Source: Candidatus Krumholzibacteriia bacterium (GTDB lineage: Bacteria > Krumholzibacteriota > Krumholzibacteriia > JAJRXK01). Taken from it: a DNA stretch of 64,000 nt. The stretch is from assembly GCA_041484665.1 (NCBI GenBank), contig JBGPIA010000017.1:1-64000 (forward strand), read 5' to 3'. Below the pieces are notes generated by a model, which worked only from the letters and a program-made list of their open reading frames with translations, made no database searches and was not told the DNA's origin. Made by a program: the position numbers and the translations under genes. Positions 10,796 to 20,078 of this stretch are shown in pieces (within the stretch, counting starts at the first letter, position 1; the number at the start of each line of letters is the position of its first letter).

Positions 10796-12280
10796 CTATC
10801 CTCCGACCTCGATGTGCATGCCCTGGAGCGCGAAGGGCGCGGTGGAGCTCACCTGGAAGTAGAAAGTTGCGCGCATCCCTTGCTCGCCGCGCACCGTCAC
10901 CTGGAGGGCAATGGTCGTCTGCTGGGCCGACTCGACGACGACCCGTCCCAGGTCGTCGAACATTCGCCGGTAGTTCTTCAACCGCCGCTCCATCGGTGGA
11001 GCGTCGGGTCCGGCCTCGGCGTGCTCCTGAAGGAAACGCTGCATCACCGCCGGGTCGCCGCTGTTGAATGCCTCGAGGTACGCCGCGACCGTCCGGCCCT
11101 GCCCCGTGTCGGGGAGCGTGGCGCTTGCTTTGCCCCCGGTCAGGCTGCGCGGCCCGCCGTCGGGCGGCCCTGCGATCCCCAGCGCGGGCTGCAGCAGGCG
11201 CATCAACCGCTCCCCTTTCCAGTCGGCATGATTGCTCGCGATGAGCAGCTCCACCCCATTGCCGGGGAAGCGGCCGTAGAGGAAGAAGCAGACCAGGTCC
11301 GAGCCTGCGAGCACGCAAGGCTGGTCGGGAGGCAGCACCATCGCTCGGTGCGCGCGGTCACGCAGCAGGGTGGAATCGCCGAGCGCCTGGTAGAACCGGC
11401 GCATGTCGCGCACGGTGGAGACGTGGCCGCCATTGCCGCGCAGATTCCAGCCGTGGCCGTCCGGCAAGCGAGGCAGGTCGAGCATCGTACCCCGGTCCTC
11501 ATCCTCGACGTAGCCGCGCGCCAAGCGAGCGGGGTCGAAGCGCGGCAGCAAGAGCCCCGTCTCACGCATGCCCGCCGGCCGGAAGATGGCCGAATCCACG
11601 TATGCGTCGAACGCTTGCCCGGTGAGCTGCTCGACGACGGCGGCCAGCAGCGCGAAGCCCGCGTTGGAGTATTGCTCGGAGGTGCCCGGCACGAACTGCA
11701 GAGGGCGCGCGAATAGCCGCTCCAGGAACTGCCCGCGGGTCAGTGGCTCCAAGTCGAGACCGACTGCCAGCGGGAAGCCCGCCCGATGCTCGAGCACCTG
11801 CTCCACGGTGATCGCGCGCTTGTCAGCCGGCACGTCTTGGAAGAAGTGATCCAGTGGGTCCGTCAGCCGCAGCCGGCCAGCCTCCACGAGCTGCAGGATC
11901 GCGACCTTGGTGAAGTCTTTGACGCAGGAACCGATCTGGACCACGGTCGAGGGCGTGAACCGCGCGCCGGTTGCGTGGTTCGCCATGCCGTAACCCTTCA
12001 CCAGGATCTCATCATTCCCTTTCGCCACCAGCACCACACCATGGAAGCCCTGTTGCCCGGCGGCCTGGGCGATGGAGTCCAGGCGCGCCCCCAACTCTCC
12101 CCGCACCACGGATGATGCGGGGGACGGCAGCGCGCCAGCCGGCGCTTCGAGCGCGTGCGCGGTGAACGTGCCGGCCAGCGTGACGGCCAACGCGCACGCG
12201 GCGAGCTGCTGGGCGAAGGCGCCGTGCGGCCACCACCCGCGCCGCAGGATGGAAGCCTCAAGCATCCGGCACATCGCCAT
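10796..12280 (-). CDS. Exported serine hydrolase, beta-lactamase/AmpC-like family, with extra C-terminal domain
   Basis: Signal-like ALAVTLAGTFTAHA; SxxK (GSCVK), LEHRAG, YSN, GNGGHVST. Confidence 0.88.
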   Translation of the reverse strand: MAMCRMLEASILRRGWWPHGAFAQQLAACALAVTLAGTFTAHALEAPAGALPSPASSVVRGELGARLDSIAQAAGQQGFHGVVLVAKGNDEILVKGYGMANHATGARFTPSTVVQIGSCVKDFTKVAILQLVEAGRLRLTDPLDHFFQDVPADKRAITVEQVLEHRAGFPLAVGLDLEPLTRGQFLERLFARPLQFVPGTSEQYSNAGFALLAAVVEQLTGQAFDAYVDSAIFRPAGMRETGLLLPRFDPARLARGYVEDEDRGTMLDLPRLPDGHGWNLRGNGGHVSTVRDMRRFYQALGDSTLLRDRAHRAMVLPPDQPCVLAGSDLVCFFLYGRFPGNGVELLIASNHADWKGERLMRLLQPALGIAGPPDGGPRSLTGGKASATLPDTGQGRTVAAYLEAFNSGDPAVMQRFLQEHAEAGPDAPPMERRLKNYRRMFDDLGRVVVESAQQTTIALQVTVRGEQGMRATFYFQVSSTAPFALQGMHIEVGG

Positions 12281-12342
12281 GATCCTCCAGTTCGAGCGCG
12301 CGGCGGAATGCCGCCGCTCAAGGAGTGTCTACGCTGGCATTG

Positions 12343-12618
12343 TTAGCGACCTGCAAGGACTTGCCGCGCAGTGGCAGGCGCACCGTCGGGTCCCATCAGG
12401 CGGTACCCGACACCGTAGATCGCCTCGATGCGCGCCACCAGCTCGCGGGGCGAGAACGGCTTGATGACGTAGTCGTCTGCCCCCAGCTCCAGCCCGCGTA
12501 GGATTTCCGCTTCGGTGCTGCGGGCGGTGAGCAGCAGGATGGGCACCACCGAGGGGGCCGGCAGCGCGCGGCAGAGATCCAGACCATCCCGACCGGGCAG
12601 GATGATCCCCCGCGGCAT
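12343..12618 (-). pseudogene. Remnant of OmpR/PhoB-family response regulator with internal deletion
   Basis: LPGRDGLDLCR..PILLLTAR..GLELGADDYVIKPFSPRELVARI joined directly to terminal wHTH motif YGVGYRL; N-terminus and phospho-Asp missing. Confidence 0.8.
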
Positions 12619-12909
12619 GGACCTTCCATTGGGTCTGCCGTGGGACCCCGGGGTCCAAGGCGTCCGTCAGGGCGCCGCGAGAGCGAACCTTAACGACAGG
12701 TGCCCCATTCCGGGCGGTTCGACCGCCGCGCACACGCTCTCGACGCCGCCGTGGGCGGGCGGGACACGAGGACGGTGCTTCCTCTTCGTGGAGACCCGCT
12801 GACCGTAAGCCGTCGTGCGGGGGAAGGCAAATGAGTGCCGGGCGCTCGATGGTTGATGTGGCGCCGAGCCTTCTCTGCGTTGCGATCGGCGGGCTGCTCC
12901 CGCCACGCT

Positions 12910-14016
12910 TCAGTCGGCGTGCAGCACGACCACGCGCAGCGAGCCGTCGAGCTCCGCGCGCAAGTCGGGGCGCTGGACGGCCTGCGTCTCGACCTGCTCG
13001 CGAGGCAGCACGAGGCTCTCGGCCAGGAACACGGCTGCGATGTCCGCGCGCCGCTGCGCCAGGGCCTGATCCTCAGCCACGACCACCATTTTCACCGGCG
13101 AGTACGGATGCTGGCGGATGGCATCGGCCGCCTTGGTCAGCCAGTCCTTGCCCGCGTCCGTGAGCTTGCTGTCCTCGCGCAGGAAGAGCTCGCCGCCGGC
13201 GACCTCGAGCACCCGGTCGTGTCCGTCGCGGTAGTCCAGGGCCGGCACTCGGAAACTGGTACCGGCATAGTTGTAGCGGTTGGTCCCCTTGTCGGTGATG
13301 CTGAAGACGTAGCTGTAGGGATACCCCACCTGCAGGATGTCGCCGCCGTCAGCGCGCCCGTCCCACGCCAGCGCGACGGCCGGGCTGCCCTTGCCCGCGT
13401 AGCGCCGGAATGGCGCGCCACGGAAGTCGGTGATCACCAGCTCCCAGTCCTTGACCGAGTGCCCCTCGGGCCGCTCGGGTGAGAAGAGGGCCACGGGCTG
13501 CGTGGACATGTCGCGCAGCCACAAATGCGGCGTCTGGTCGCTGTGCAAGGGCTCGAGGTTGTTGAGGTGCGGCTGCAGCCCACTCACGGGGCTCACCGCG
13601 AGGGCCTCCTGGTCCATGGCCGTCGCGAACGAGTCCACCAGAGCCGCCGTGAGCTTCAGCTCGAAGGTCCCCTTCTGGATCGGCTGGCGGACCTGGTTCT
13701 GCGCCTCCACCACCATCTCGGGCAGCTGCGCGCCGTTCTGCCCCGGCTGGGTGAACTCGGAATTGGCCTTTGGGCCGCCCTTCACGGCGGTGCTGTCGCT
13801 GCCGCCCTGGGCGAGCGCGACGCGCGCCGGCGCCGGCACGGCCATGCAAAGCGCCAGGCAGAGGGCCAGCCGCAGGCCCGGGCGCAGTCCGATGTGCAAG
13901 GCTGGGCAAAGGCCGATGCGCGAGTCCGCGCGAAGGGCCGCGCGATGGACCGGCAAAGCTGCCATCCCCAGCGGATGCATCCTCCAGGCATGATGGTTGT
14001 GGTGCGGTGCGCTCAT
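12910..14016 (-). CDS. Exported protein with FlgD-like Ig domain and degenerate OmpA-like C-terminal domain
   Basis: Signal-like LALCLALCMAVPAPARVALA; WELVITDFRG..LAWDGRADGG..YSY; LFLREDSKLT..LAQRRADIAAVFL; last gene of the operon. Confidence 0.65.
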   Translation of the reverse strand: MSAPHHNHHAWRMHPLGMAALPVHRAALRADSRIGLCPALHIGLRPGLRLALCLALCMAVPAPARVALAQGGSDSTAVKGGPKANSEFTQPGQNGAQLPEMVVEAQNQVRQPIQKGTFELKLTAALVDSFATAMDQEALAVSPVSGLQPHLNNLEPLHSDQTPHLWLRDMSTQPVALFSPERPEGHSVKDWELVITDFRGAPFRRYAGKGSPAVALAWDGRADGGDILQVGYPYSYVFSITDKGTNRYNYAGTSFRVPALDYRDGHDRVLEVAGGELFLREDSKLTDAGKDWLTKAADAIRQHPYSPVKMVVVAEDQALAQRRADIAAVFLAESLVLPREQVETQAVQRPDLRAELDGSLRVVVLHAD

Positions 14017-14101
14017 GGTCTCGTGCCGGCCGCGAGCCGGCCCTCCGGTGGTTGCTGTGGCGCGGCGCGGACCACGGGTGGGTCGCCCGCGGCTCCTGTC
14101 C

Positions 14102-15436
14102 CTACTTCAAGCGGAAGACGATCGTGATGATTCCCCACTGCTCCACCGCCGCCTGACCGGGCGGCAGCGGCGCGAAGCGGAATTGGCGGATGGCCGCCAT
14201 CGCCGACTGGTTCAGGTCGCGGTGCGCCGCGGTCTGGGTCAGCAGCAGGTTGTCCTTCACGCGGCCGTCGGGCAGCACAGTGAAGCGCACGGCGACCACG
14301 CCCTCCCAGCCATTCTTGCGCGCTGCCTGCGAGTACTCGGGCGTGACGCTGGACAGGATCTTGCGTCCCTGGATCTGGCCGGAGATCGTCATCGTGATCC
14401 CTTTGCCGCCCTGTACGCTCTCGGCGTCCTGCGGCATCTGGTCGCGGTTCTTCTGTGCGTCCTGCTCCTGCCGCACGATACTGCGCGCGTCGGGCGCATC
14501 CGCGATCGGCCTGCGGGCTCCGCTTGCGCCCGCCGACCCCGCGCCACCGCTGCCGGGACCTCCAGGGCCACCGCGGCTTCCATTGCCGCGGCCGTAGTCC
14601 AGCACGGTGCGCCACCCTTCCTGCTCGGTCCCGCCGGTGGAGGCCGGGCCCTCCACGTCGGCGATCCCCGCGCCCTGGCCGCCGCGGGACAGCGGTGCCA
14701 CTTGCTGCAGCGCCGCCACCGGTCCCTGGTAGATCTTTTTGCCCGGCGCGAGTGTCCCCCCGGTGAGCCCGGGGTTGCCCTCGTCGCTGCCGCCGGTGGG
14801 GATCTGCAGGGCGAGCGCACTGCTACCGGCGCCGGCCTCCTGCACATCGAACTCCAGGTCACCGGCCGCAAGGCGGCTCTTGCGTCCCACCAGCACCTGC
14901 TCCTGCGGGTCGAACGCCTTCGCTTGCAGCCGAGCCGGGGCAGCCATGGCCGGCACCTCCGCCGAGCTGGCGAGATCCAGGGCGCGGTTCACGAAGTCGG
15001 CATCGAGCGCGGGCGCTTCGTTCTGCCGGAACGTCTTGCTATCGAGCTTGGGCGCGATGGATAGGGCCTGGGGCCGCTTGGCGTCGGGCAACGCGGGCGC
15101 CTTGACGTCGGCCAGGCCGGGCCGAGGCACGGGACTGGGTGGCGGCGCCTGCTGCTTGGTGGGCGCGAGCGCCGAGCGCGAGCTGAGCCCCTTGTCGCCC
15201 GGCTCCTTGACCACCGGCGCCGGATGCGTCTTGAGGAGCACCTTGGCCGCGATGTTCTCGCCATAGCGCGCCTGGATGTAGGAGATCTCGGTGAGCTCCT
15301 CGGGCAGGCGCACGGTGGGGCCGCGGCGCAGCATCGTCAGCGTCAGCAGCAGCAGCAGTGCGTGGATAGCGGTGCTGATGCCGAGGCTGCGCTGGGTGCT
15401 GGCGCGCCGGCTGATGGTGCGACGCATCATGGTCAT
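14102..15436 (-). CDS. TonB-family energy transducer
   Basis: N-terminal TM with SxxxH (ISTAIHALLLL); Pro/Ala-rich linker; TonB_C PEYSQAARKNGWEGVVAVRFTVLPDGRV..AIRQFRFAP; ATGA overlap with upstream exbD. Confidence 0.9.
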   Translation of the reverse strand: MTMMRRTISRRASTQRSLGISTAIHALLLLLTLTMLRRGPTVRLPEELTEISYIQARYGENIAAKVLLKTHPAPVVKEPGDKGLSSRSALAPTKQQAPPPSPVPRPGLADVKAPALPDAKRPQALSIAPKLDSKTFRQNEAPALDADFVNRALDLASSAEVPAMAAPARLQAKAFDPQEQVLVGRKSRLAAGDLEFDVQEAGAGSSALALQIPTGGSDEGNPGLTGGTLAPGKKIYQGPVAALQQVAPLSRGGQGAGIADVEGPASTGGTEQEGWRTVLDYGRGNGSRGGPGGPGSGGAGSAGASGARRPIADAPDARSIVRQEQDAQKNRDQMPQDAESVQGGKGITMTISGQIQGRKILSSVTPEYSQAARKNGWEGVVAVRFTVLPDGRVKDNLLLTQTAAHRDLNQSAMAAIRQFRFAPLPPGQAAVEQWGIITIVFRLK

Positions 15437-15846
15437 GGGCGCGCGCCCCTCAGCGTGTCGTGCTGTCGGGTGGCGATGGCGATGCGCGGGGCCTTGGCTG
15501 CCTCCACCTCTGCGATCACTTTCTTCACGTCGCCGTACATCATGCCCCGGTCGGCCTTCACCACCGCGATCGCCTGCGGGTTCTGCTCGAAGAACGTCTG
15601 CAGCTGGGTGCGCAGGTCCTGCAGCGAGATCTGCTCCTCGCCGACGAAGATGCCGCCGTCCAACGTGCAGGTGATCTCGGCGCGTTCCGAGTCGCTGACG
15701 TCGCTCGCCCGGGCGGGCGGCAAGTCGACGCCGTGTGCCGTCGGGTTGAGGTGCGGCGCCATCACCATCAGTGCCAGGACGATGATCAGCGAGACGTCGA
15801 TCAGCGGTGCAACGTTGGTCTTGCTCTGGTAGAGATAACCCTTCAT
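15433..15846 (-). CDS. exbD: ExbD/TolR family protein (copy 2)
   Basis: NVAPLIDVSLII with TM Asp; VDLPPA; VVKADRGMMYGDV. Confidence 0.88.
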   Translation of the reverse strand: MKGYLYQSKTNVAPLIDVSLIIVLALMVMAPHLNPTAHGVDLPPARASDVSDSERAEITCTLDGGIFVGEEQISLQDLRTQLQTFFEQNPQAIAVVKADRGMMYGDVKKVIAEVEAAKAPRIAIATRQHDTLRGARP

Positions 15847-16283
15847 GGTGCCCGCTCCTCCCTGCGGTCCAGCAGCGCCAGGTGCGAGGCGCCACTTGCC
15901 TTGGCGACGTCCAGCACGGCCACCACCTGGCCCAGCGCCACGTGGTCGCTGGGCACGACCACCACGGTCTTGTCGGCACGAGCGGCGAGCCGGCGCGCGA
16001 GCTCGTCTCCCAGTTCTTCCAACGTCACGGGCTGCCGGTTGAGGGTGAGTCCTTCGGGCGTGACGGCCACCGTCAGCAGCTGATCGTCATCGTCCTTGGG
16101 ACGTTGCGTCACCACCTGCGCATTCGCGCGTGCCGTGGTGGCGTTCACCTGGATGCCCTTCCACAGCACGTCGGGCATGGTGACCAGGAACACCAGGATC
16201 AGCACCGTGCAGACATCCGCCAGCGGCGTGATATTGAACTCGTTGATCCCGTGGCTGAAACCGCCGCGCTTGAGACCGGTCAT
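15843..16283 (-). CDS. exbD: ExbD/TolR family protein (copy 1)
   Basis: EFNITPLADVCTVLILVFLV with TM Asp; GQVVAVLDVAKASG; ATGA overlap with next gene. Confidence 0.88.
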   Translation of the reverse strand: MTGLKRGGFSHGINEFNITPLADVCTVLILVFLVTMPDVLWKGIQVNATTARANAQVVTQRPKDDDDQLLTVAVTPEGLTLNRQPVTLEELGDELARRLAARADKTVVVVPSDHVALGQVVAVLDVAKASGASHLALLDRREERAP

Positions 16284-16291
16284 GGCTGTAC

Positions 16292-16993
16292 CTAGCTCAG
16301 GAACCCGGCTGGAGCGGGCTCCTGCGTGGGCGCGCGCCGCGCCGGCTGGCTGTGCACCGGGCGCTCCGGGGCCGCGGTGCGCTGCGTCATCAGGCTGAAG
16401 AACTCTTCGCGCACGTCCTCCAGCTCGGCGATGCGCGTGCGGATCCGCCGCACGAAGACGTTGAAGAAGATGGTGGCGACCACGGCGATGACGATGCCCA
16501 CGGCCGTAGTGATCAGGGCCTCGGCCACGCCCATCGCCACGACCGAGCTGCCGCCCGAGCCGGTGCGCGCGATGTCAGCGAAGGCGCGGATGATTCCGAT
16601 CACCGTGCCGAACAGTCCGATCAGCGGACCGATGTTGCTGAGCGTGCCCAGCACACCGAGGTTGCGCTCCATCTCCACCTGCTCGAGCTCGATGGCGGTG
16701 TTGATGCGCTGCTGCAACTGGGGAATCGGCAGGTGGCGGTGCCCGATGGCCTGCTCCAGCACGCGCGCCGCGCTCCCCTTCTGCTTGCGGCTGATCTGCA
16801 GCGCCGCGTCGAACTCCCCGGCGAGGAGCTTCGGGGAAAGATCCTGCATGAGCCGACGCACGTTGATGGCGCTCGACCTGAAGTACAGGCCGCGCTCCAA
16901 AGCGAAGCCGAGCGTCACCACCGACGTGAGCAGCAGCACGCCCAACGTAGGCGAGACCCTCAACAGATCCATGAGTGACATGTCACCAAACAT
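16292..16993 (-). CDS. exbB: ExbB/TolQ/MotA proton-channel protein
   Basis: Three TM segments; GPLIGLFGTVIGII, GVAEALITTAVGIVIAV; GGAGAGG RBS before ATG 16993. Confidence 0.92.
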   Translation of the reverse strand: MFGDMSLMDLLRVSPTLGVLLLTSVVTLGFALERGLYFRSSAINVRRLMQDLSPKLLAGEFDAALQISRKQKGSAARVLEQAIGHRHLPIPQLQQRINTAIELEQVEMERNLGVLGTLSNIGPLIGLFGTVIGIIRAFADIARTGSGGSSVVAMGVAEALITTAVGIVIAVVATIFFNVFVRRIRTRIAELEDVREEFFSLMTQRTAAPERPVHSQPARRAPTQEPAPAGFLS

Positions 16994-17018
16994 CGGCTTT
17001 CCTCTCCGTTGTGCTGGC

Positions 17019-20000
17019 CTAGTTGCCGGCCACCTGTTGGTCCTTGATGGCCGTGATGCGCCCCTGCGCCATCTCGGTCCACTCAGGCTTGCCGTGAGCA
17101 TCGATGATGCGCTGGTAGGCGTTCGTCGCACCGGCCCAATCGCGGCGTGCCTCGAGGATCCTCCCGATCTGCGCCAGACTGGCGATCCGGTAGGGATCGG
17201 CGGCCGCGCCGCTGCCGGCCCCCTGCTCGTAGACGCGCAAGGCATCATCGAGCTTCTCTTGCTTCTCCCAACACTCGCCCTGCTTGAAGCGGATCTGCAG
17301 GAGCTGGCCCGGGTCCTGGGCGAGGGCCTTGTCGTAGGCCTCGATGGCGCGCGGGTAGTCGCCCAGCTCGTCCTGGTAAAGGGCGCCGACCTGGAGCCAG
17401 AGCCCCTTTGCCTTCTCGTGCTCGGGGTAGTCGGCCAGCACGCGCAGGAACCCGCCGATGGCCGAGGTCCAGTCCTCCACCTGCTGATAGGCCAATGCTG
17501 CGTTGTAGACCGCCAGCGGCGCGTACTGGCCCTTCGGGTACAGATCGGCCAGCGTCTCGAAGCTCTGCGCAGCCTGGCCGAAGCGCTCTAGCTTGAACAG
17601 CACCGTGCCCTCGCGGAAGTGCGCCAGTTCGGCCAGCTCGTGGTCCTTGTGGGTGGAGATGAAGTTGCGATACCCCGCCAGGGCCGGCTCGAGCTGATCC
17701 TGTTTGTAGTAGCTCTCGGCCAGGTAGAACAGCGCGCCCGGCCCGCTCTCGGAGCCCGGGTAGTCCAGCGTCACTTTCTCGAAGAAGCGCGCGGCGGTGG
17801 CGTAGTCGCCCTTGGCAAAGGACTCCTGCCCCTTGGACCAGTACACGTCGGCGGCCAGCGGGCTGTCGGGGCGGCGTGCCAGGTACTGCTCCATGTCCTT
17901 CCCGCTGCGGTAATAGCAGGACTGCACGCCCAGCTCGGCGTCCTGCGCGCGCGGGTCGTTGGGGTACGCCGCGAGGAACGCGTTGAAGGCGGCGATCGCC
18001 GCGTCGTCCTCCTTCAGGTTGTAGGCGCAGTTGGCCGTCCCGAAGCAGGCGTCGGCCGCGTGGGCCCCCTTGGGCCAGCCAAAGGAGAGCTGCTGGTAGG
18101 TGGCGCGCGCGTCCGCGAAACGGCCCAGGCCGAATTGGGTGTCGGCGATGTGGTACAGGGCGTCCTCGGCCTCGGGCGCCTTGGGGAAGCGCGCCAGCAG
18201 GTCCCGCCAGGTAGCAAGGGCCTGGTCGTAGTACTGCAGGCGGTAGCAGGCCATGCCCAGGTTGGCCATCGCCTTGGGCGCATCCGGAGAGTCCGGGTTC
18301 TTCTTCAGGAACTCGGTGAACTGGGCCAGGGCCTCCTCGTACTTGTGCTGGTTGAAGTAGATGGAGCCTACCGCCAGTGCGTTGGTCCCGCCGTCGCTGT
18401 CGGAGTTGGCCAGCGCCAGCAGGAAGCGCTCCTGCTCCTTGAGCGCCAGCTCGTAATCCCCAGCCTGGCTGAGGCTGGCCACCAGCCCCTGCAGAGCGGG
18501 CGCGGCCACGTTGCTCTTGGGGTAGCCCGTGAGCACTAGGCGGTACATGCCGCCCGCTTCCTGGTAGAGCCCCTGCGCGTAGTACGCTTCGCCCAGGTAG
18601 TAGTAGGTGCGGGCCCGCCATTGCGACGGCGTGGGCAGCAGCCGCTTGGCGATGTAGTGGTAGTTGGTGATCAGCCGGTCGTACTGCCCCCGCTGGTAGT
18701 AGGCCAGCGTAGAGAGGAACAGCGCGCGCTCCGCAACGTCGGTATTGACGTGCTTGTCCAGGACGTTTTGGAAGGCCAGGACCGCCTGATCGTGCTCGCC
18801 GAGCTCGGTGTGGCAGAAGCCCTCGAGAACCAGCACGCGCGCCGCCAGGACGTCGCCTGGATAACGCCGCAGGAACTCCTGCGCCATCTGGATCGCCTGC
18901 GCGTAGTTCCCATCCTGGGCGTAGGCAAACACGATCTTGTGCAGCGCGGCGCTGGCGACCTGGCTGTCGGCGAACTCGCGAACGACGCGCGTCCAGGCGA
19001 AGATGGCGTCGGCGCTGCGGCCCAGCGCGATGTTGCAGCTGCCGATCAGGTAGCTGGCATAAGCGCAGACCGGCTCCTTGGCGAAGGCGTCGCAGATCTC
19101 CGTTAGCTGCCGGATGCTCTCGTCGTAGTGCCCATCGTTGTAGGTGACGCAGGCCATCTTGTAGCGCGCGTTGGGCACGAAGGGGCTATCGACGTACCGT
19201 TCGATGAACTCCTTGTAGCTGCTCACCGCCACTGCGTTCTGCCCGCTGCGGTAGAACGCCTCGGCCACGCTGAAGGCCGCGTCGTCGGCCAGTGAGCTCT
19301 CCGGGTACTGGCGCAGCACCTGCTTGTAGCGCTGGATCGCCAGGATGTACTGCCCGGTGTCCTCCAGGCAGCGGCCCATGTAGTACAAGCCGCGGTCGGT
19401 GGGGACGCTCTCGAAGTGTTTCAAGGCCTCGTCGTAGGCCTTGTTGTGGTAGGCGAAGATCCCCAGCGCGAAGTGGACCTGGGGGAGGTCCTTGTAGCCC
19501 GGGCGCGCCTCCAGCAGTCGGCGATAGGCCGCTTCCAGCCGCAGCCAGTTGTCCTCGACGATGTAGGCCTGGCCGACCTCGTAGAGCGACTCGGCCAGCA
19601 GGAAGGTGTGCTCGTGCTCGTCGATCAGGCGCGTCCAGGCGGCGATGGACTCGGGGAAGCGCTTCAGGTTGAACAGACACTCGCCGCTGCGCAGCAGCAC
19701 GCTGGCTTGTAGATGGGCATCGCGCCCCTTGAAGCCATCGACGCGCTCGAACTCCTTCAGCGCGGCTTCCCAGTCGCCGATGGCGAAGTAGCACTCGGCG
19801 AGCATGTACTGTGCGGACGCCGCCCGCGGGCTGCCTTTGTAGGTGGTGACGAACAACCGGTACTGCTGCATCGCGGCCGACTTGTCCTTGCCGGCGGCGA
19901 AGGCCTCGCCGGCCTGCCGCCACAGGACGTCTTCGGCCGGGATCGGGCCCTGGGGCTGCGCTGCGCGCGCGGGTGCAATCGACAACAGCGTCGCCAGCGC

Positions 20001-20078
20001 GGCCGGCGCGGCCAGCGTCGCCAACCCGGCCAGCGCGCCACGCCGCCCTGCCGGGCCGATCCAGGAGAGAGCGCTCAT
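17019..20078 (-). CDS. Large exported TPR-repeat protein (~1019 aa, BamD/YbgF-like repeats)
   Basis: Signal peptide ending PARAA; more than 20 helical repeats such as YPESSLADDAAFSVAEAFY and FPKAPEAEDALYHIADTQF; ATGA overlap with upstream gene. Confidence 0.9.
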   Translation of the reverse strand: MSALSWIGPAGRRGALAGLATLAAPAALATLLSIAPARAAQPQGPIPAEDVLWRQAGEAFAAGKDKSAAMQQYRLFVTTYKGSPRAASAQYMLAECYFAIGDWEAALKEFERVDGFKGRDAHLQASVLLRSGECLFNLKRFPESIAAWTRLIDEHEHTFLLAESLYEVGQAYIVEDNWLRLEAAYRRLLEARPGYKDLPQVHFALGIFAYHNKAYDEALKHFESVPTDRGLYYMGRCLEDTGQYILAIQRYKQVLRQYPESSLADDAAFSVAEAFYRSGQNAVAVSSYKEFIERYVDSPFVPNARYKMACVTYNDGHYDESIRQLTEICDAFAKEPVCAYASYLIGSCNIALGRSADAIFAWTRVVREFADSQVASAALHKIVFAYAQDGNYAQAIQMAQEFLRRYPGDVLAARVLVLEGFCHTELGEHDQAVLAFQNVLDKHVNTDVAERALFLSTLAYYQRGQYDRLITNYHYIAKRLLPTPSQWRARTYYYLGEAYYAQGLYQEAGGMYRLVLTGYPKSNVAAPALQGLVASLSQAGDYELALKEQERFLLALANSDSDGGTNALAVGSIYFNQHKYEEALAQFTEFLKKNPDSPDAPKAMANLGMACYRLQYYDQALATWRDLLARFPKAPEAEDALYHIADTQFGLGRFADARATYQQLSFGWPKGAHAADACFGTANCAYNLKEDDAAIAAFNAFLAAYPNDPRAQDAELGVQSCYYRSGKDMEQYLARRPDSPLAADVYWSKGQESFAKGDYATAARFFEKVTLDYPGSESGPGALFYLAESYYKQDQLEPALAGYRNFISTHKDHELAELAHFREGTVLFKLERFGQAAQSFETLADLYPKGQYAPLAVYNAALAYQQVEDWTSAIGGFLRVLADYPEHEKAKGLWLQVGALYQDELGDYPRAIEAYDKALAQDPGQLLQIRFKQGECWEKQEKLDDALRVYEQGAGSGAAADPYRIASLAQIGRILEARRDWAGATNAYQRIIDAHGKPEWTEMAQGRITAIKDQQVAGN

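Noticed and set aside
14102..16993. Tol-Pal cluster or ordinary nutrient-uptake Ton locus
   Set aside because: No tolB or pal and no TonB-dependent receptor adjacent; genes are packed with the TPR, PorV-like and giant genes. Action in trans on distant receptors is not excluded
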